From NCBI GenBank assembly GCA_964592785.1, contig CAZQHU010000003.1, forward strand, positions 3,901 through 67,900: 64,000 bases of DNA, given 5' to 3'. The DNA is from an uncultured Gammaproteobacteria bacterium (GTDB taxonomy: Bacteria > Patescibacteriota > Patescibacteriia > Magasanikbacterales > UBA922). A program made the translations under genes and the position numbers. Numbering within the stretch: position 1 is the stretch's first letter; each line of letters begins with the position of its first letter. Positions 61,582 to 64,000 of the stretch are shown here, one piece after another. The notes under the pieces are model-generated. The model ran no database searches, was not told the origin of the DNA, and saw only the letters and a list, made by a program, of their open reading frames with translations.

Positions 61582-62298
61582 TTATTCCAAAATATATTCA
61601 AAATTACTCCTTTGCCAAAAACGCAGACGACTAGCCACAGAATGCTCCCCAATAGCAAATTTCCCTTCTTGGGGTGCCCAGACAAAATACTGCGACAAGG
61701 CCGCGCTTTTTTTCTCCAATATCTTGTTATTCAATCTGATCTGTAATTGTGGTGTCAAAAAATCAGTATAAAAATGTTTTTCCTGTATAGGAAAATCACG
61801 CAAAGCCTTTTCCAAAGCCAAATGATCCCCATGAGGATAAAAAGAATACCGCGAATCGCCAATAATAGTAATATAAATACCATCGCCAAAACGTTCAAAA
61901 ATCTGACCAATAACCTCAGTCGCCTGCTCTCTAGCAAGCTGGCCGTCACGATATTTTGGATTTTTGCTCGAAGTATTAGCAAAAATAATATTTTCTTTTT
62001 TGACACCCAATTTTAACATCGAACGAATAAATTCATCATTGCGTGACTGGCTAAAAAACTCTCTGTTAAAATCACGATAACCCTGTTTTACAAATACAGA
62101 TCGAACAGCCGAAGCCCCACCATCAGTCACCATGATCACCTTCACTTCCTGACCTTGTTCCAAATAAGAAATAATTCCTCCAGCCAAAATCATTTCATCA
62201 TCTTGATGTGGTAAAAAGAAAAACACTGGCAATTCTTTGGCTGAAACCGAAAAAACTAAAAATAAACTCAAAATAATAAATAAAACTACCCTCCCCAT
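61582..62298 (-). CDS. PIG-L/LmbE-family N-acetylglucosaminyl deacetylase
   Basis: PHQDDE, VTDGG, HGDH motifs. Confidence 0.7.
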   Translation of the reverse strand: MGRVVLFIILSLFLVFSVSAKELPVFFFLPHQDDEMILAGGIISYLEQGQEVKVIMVTDGGASAVRSVFVKQGYRDFNREFFSQSRNDEFIRSMLKLGVKKENIIFANTSSKNPKYRDGQLAREQATEVIGQIFERFGDGIYITIIGDSRYSFYPHGDHLALEKALRDFPIQEKHFYTDFLTPQLQIRLNNKILEKKSAALSQYFVWAPQEGKFAIGEHSVASRLRFWQRSNFEYILE

Positions 62299-62302
62299 AA
62301 AA

Positions 62303-64000
62303 TTAGAGACGATTTTTTATTTCATTTTGCAGACGTTCCAAAAATTTCTTTTTATCCATTTTTTCTTGTTTTTCTTGCCCGCGAATGCGTATCATCCATT
62401 CTTCACCAGTCAGTTCTTTGTCACCCACAGCCACAATGTAAGGGATCTTTTGCCCCACAGCTTTTCGTACTCGATTACCCAAAGTTTCGTCAGCATTATC
62501 CACTTCCGCCCGAATACCCAGATTTTTCAATTCTTCTTGCAACTTTTTCGCGCCTGCTGCATGCTTATCATTTGATACTGGGATGAATTGCACTTGCACT
62601 GGTGAAAGCCAAGTAGGAAAGGAACCTGCATGATGCTCGATCAAAATTGAAAGAAAACGTTCAATAGAACCCATAATGGCCGCATGAACCATAACCACTT
62701 GTTCATCTTTACCATCCTCACTAGTACAAAATAGACCAAAGTTCTTGGGCATACTCCTGTCTGCTTGAATGGTGGCTACTTGCCATTCCCGACCCAAAGA
62801 ATCTTCGGCCATAAAATCAATCTTGGGCCCATAAAAAGCTGCTTCACCAACACCTTCATAAAAATCTGCCCCGCGGGATCTAATAAAACCTCGTAATTGT
62901 TCCTCAGCTTGATCCCAAATTTTTCTATCACCCAAATATTTTTCCATATGTTCAGGGTCAGACAGAGATAATCTTATTTTTAATTTTGGAAAACCACACT
63001 TGGCATAAAATGTTTCAATAATATCCCAAATCGCAAAAAATTCTACCTGTAGTTGTGATTCGCGACAAAAAACATGAGCATCATCCTGAGTGATACAGCG
63101 CACACGTGAAAGACCATTCAACTCTCCAGTTTGCTCATCACGATAAACCATAGTAGTTTCAGCATAGCGCTGTGGCAGATCACGGTAGCTCCTATGTTCA
63201 CAAGCATAAATTTGCGTATGATGCGGGCAATTCATTGGTTTCATCGCAAACTCATGCCCTTCACGGGTATTTATTTTAAACAAATCATTGGAAAACTTGG
63301 CCCAATGCCCACTGGTTTCATATAAATCTTTTTTGGTGATATGAGGTATTGTCACTTTCTCATAACCTTTGGCATGACGCAGCTCCCAAACAAACTCATC
63401 CAAAGTATTACGAAGCAATGTTCCCTTTGGAGTCCAAAGCGGGAGCCCAGCTCCAACGAGATCAGAAAAAGTAAACAGACCCAACTCTTTTCCCAACTTT
63501 TTGTGGTCGCGCTTTTTGGCTTCTTCCAAAAAATTTAGATATTTTTCCAGTTCTTCTTTGCTCTCAAAATATACTCCATAGACTCTGGTCATCATCGGGT
63601 TCTTTTCACTACCACGCCAGTAAGCACCAGCTAAACGCATTAACTTTAACCCAGCCAAATTTAAATCCTTGGTATTCTCTACATGGGGACCACGACAAAG
63701 ATCCACAAAATCTCCAGTGCGATAAATAGACACCACCTCTACTGAATTTCCAAGATCCTGAAGTTCCTCACCAGTCATTTTGGTGGTACCACGTTTTTTT
63801 AAATCTTCCAAAAGTTCAACTTTATAAGTTTGATTGATTTTCTCAAAAAATTTTATGGCTTCAGCAATTTTCATCTCCTCACGTTCAAAGTTTAATTTCT
63901 GTTTTGCTAACTCTCTCACCTTTTTTTCTATTTTTTCCAATACTTCTTCTCCGACTTTTTCACCAAAATCTATATCATAATAAAAACCATTTTCCACAAT
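62303..64000 (-). CDS. thrS: Threonyl-tRNA synthetase; N-terminal part lies beyond the right edge
   Basis: Class II aaRS core plus anticodon-binding domain. The window starts within the N2-like region (ENGFYYDIDF). Confidence 0.85.
   Translation of the reverse strand: MVENGFYYDIDFGEKVGEEVLEKIEKKVRELAKQKLNFEREEMKIAEAIKFFEKINQTYKVELLEDLKKRGTTKMTGEELQDLGNSVEVVSIYRTGDFVDLCRGPHVENTKDLNLAGLKLMRLAGAYWRGSEKNPMMTRVYGVYFESKEELEKYLNFLEEAKKRDHKKLGKELGLFTFSDLVGAGLPLWTPKGTLLRNTLDEFVWELRHAKGYEKVTIPHITKKDLYETSGHWAKFSNDLFKINTREGHEFAMKPMNCPHHTQIYACEHRSYRDLPQRYAETTMVYRDEQTGELNGLSRVRCITQDDAHVFCRESQLQVEFFAIWDIIETFYAKCGFPKLKIRLSLSDPEHMEKYLGDRKIWDQAEEQLRGFIRSRGADFYEGVGEAAFYGPKIDFMAEDSLGREWQVATIQADRSMPKNFGLFCTSEDGKDEQVVMVHAAIMGSIERFLSILIEHHAGSFPTWLSPVQVQFIPVSNDKHAAGAKKLQEELKNLGIRAEVDNADETLGNRVRKAVGQKIPYIVAVGDKELTGEEWMIRIRGQEKQEKMDKKKFLERLQNEIKNRL

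Overview
The window is AT-rich (about 35% GC by eye) and gene-dense. Its content looks like a reduced CPR/Patescibacteria-type bacterial chromosome: many small housekeeping genes, a 23S-IVS four-helix-bundle protein, DUF3048, an rpmE with a lysine-rich tail, and a giant cysteine-rich surface protein.

Recognisable backbone genes: rsmA, tsaC, prfB, groES-groEL (with a CIRCE operator), yidC, nusA, trpS, trpB, a TrpR-like yerC, rnj, tRNA-Leu(CAG), an OppA-like substrate-binding protein, secG, rpmE, prfA, a GT39 glycosyltransferase, prmC, rplY, ftsW/rodA, gyrB, secE-nusG-rplK, mdh, rplA, a dTMP-synthesis cluster (comEB, kinase, dut, thyA, folA, tmk), gatB, miaA-miaB, a PIG-L deacetylase and thrS.

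What stands out:
1. At least eight GC-rich (50-58%) small-gene cassettes are scattered through the backbone. Each is self-contained, with its own TTGACA-N17-TATAAT-type promoter and a strong Shine-Dalgarno site. Four carry a 'cgttcttt' motif just after the stop codon. Three carry a near-identical 45-nt 3' module ending in a terminator, preceded by a large hairpin in cassettes B and C that shows compensatory substitutions.
2. Several families of palindromic mini-elements are present. One is a two-hairpin MITE. One is a CCCTCCCCT/AGGGGAGGG palindrome. One is a 55-nt structured TIR that flanks a DUF559 endonuclease gene and also occurs as a cargo-less TIR pair. Three copies sit in frame inside rsmA and prmC, in the manner of Rickettsia palindromic elements.
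3. Heptanucleotide tandem repeats occur inside several coding sequences.
4. A promoter-plus-terminator-bounded GC-rich structured leader sits upstream of the TrpR-like, trpB, trpS run.
5. The left edge holds a giant (over 1250 aa) secreted protein, not in the ORF track because it runs off the window.
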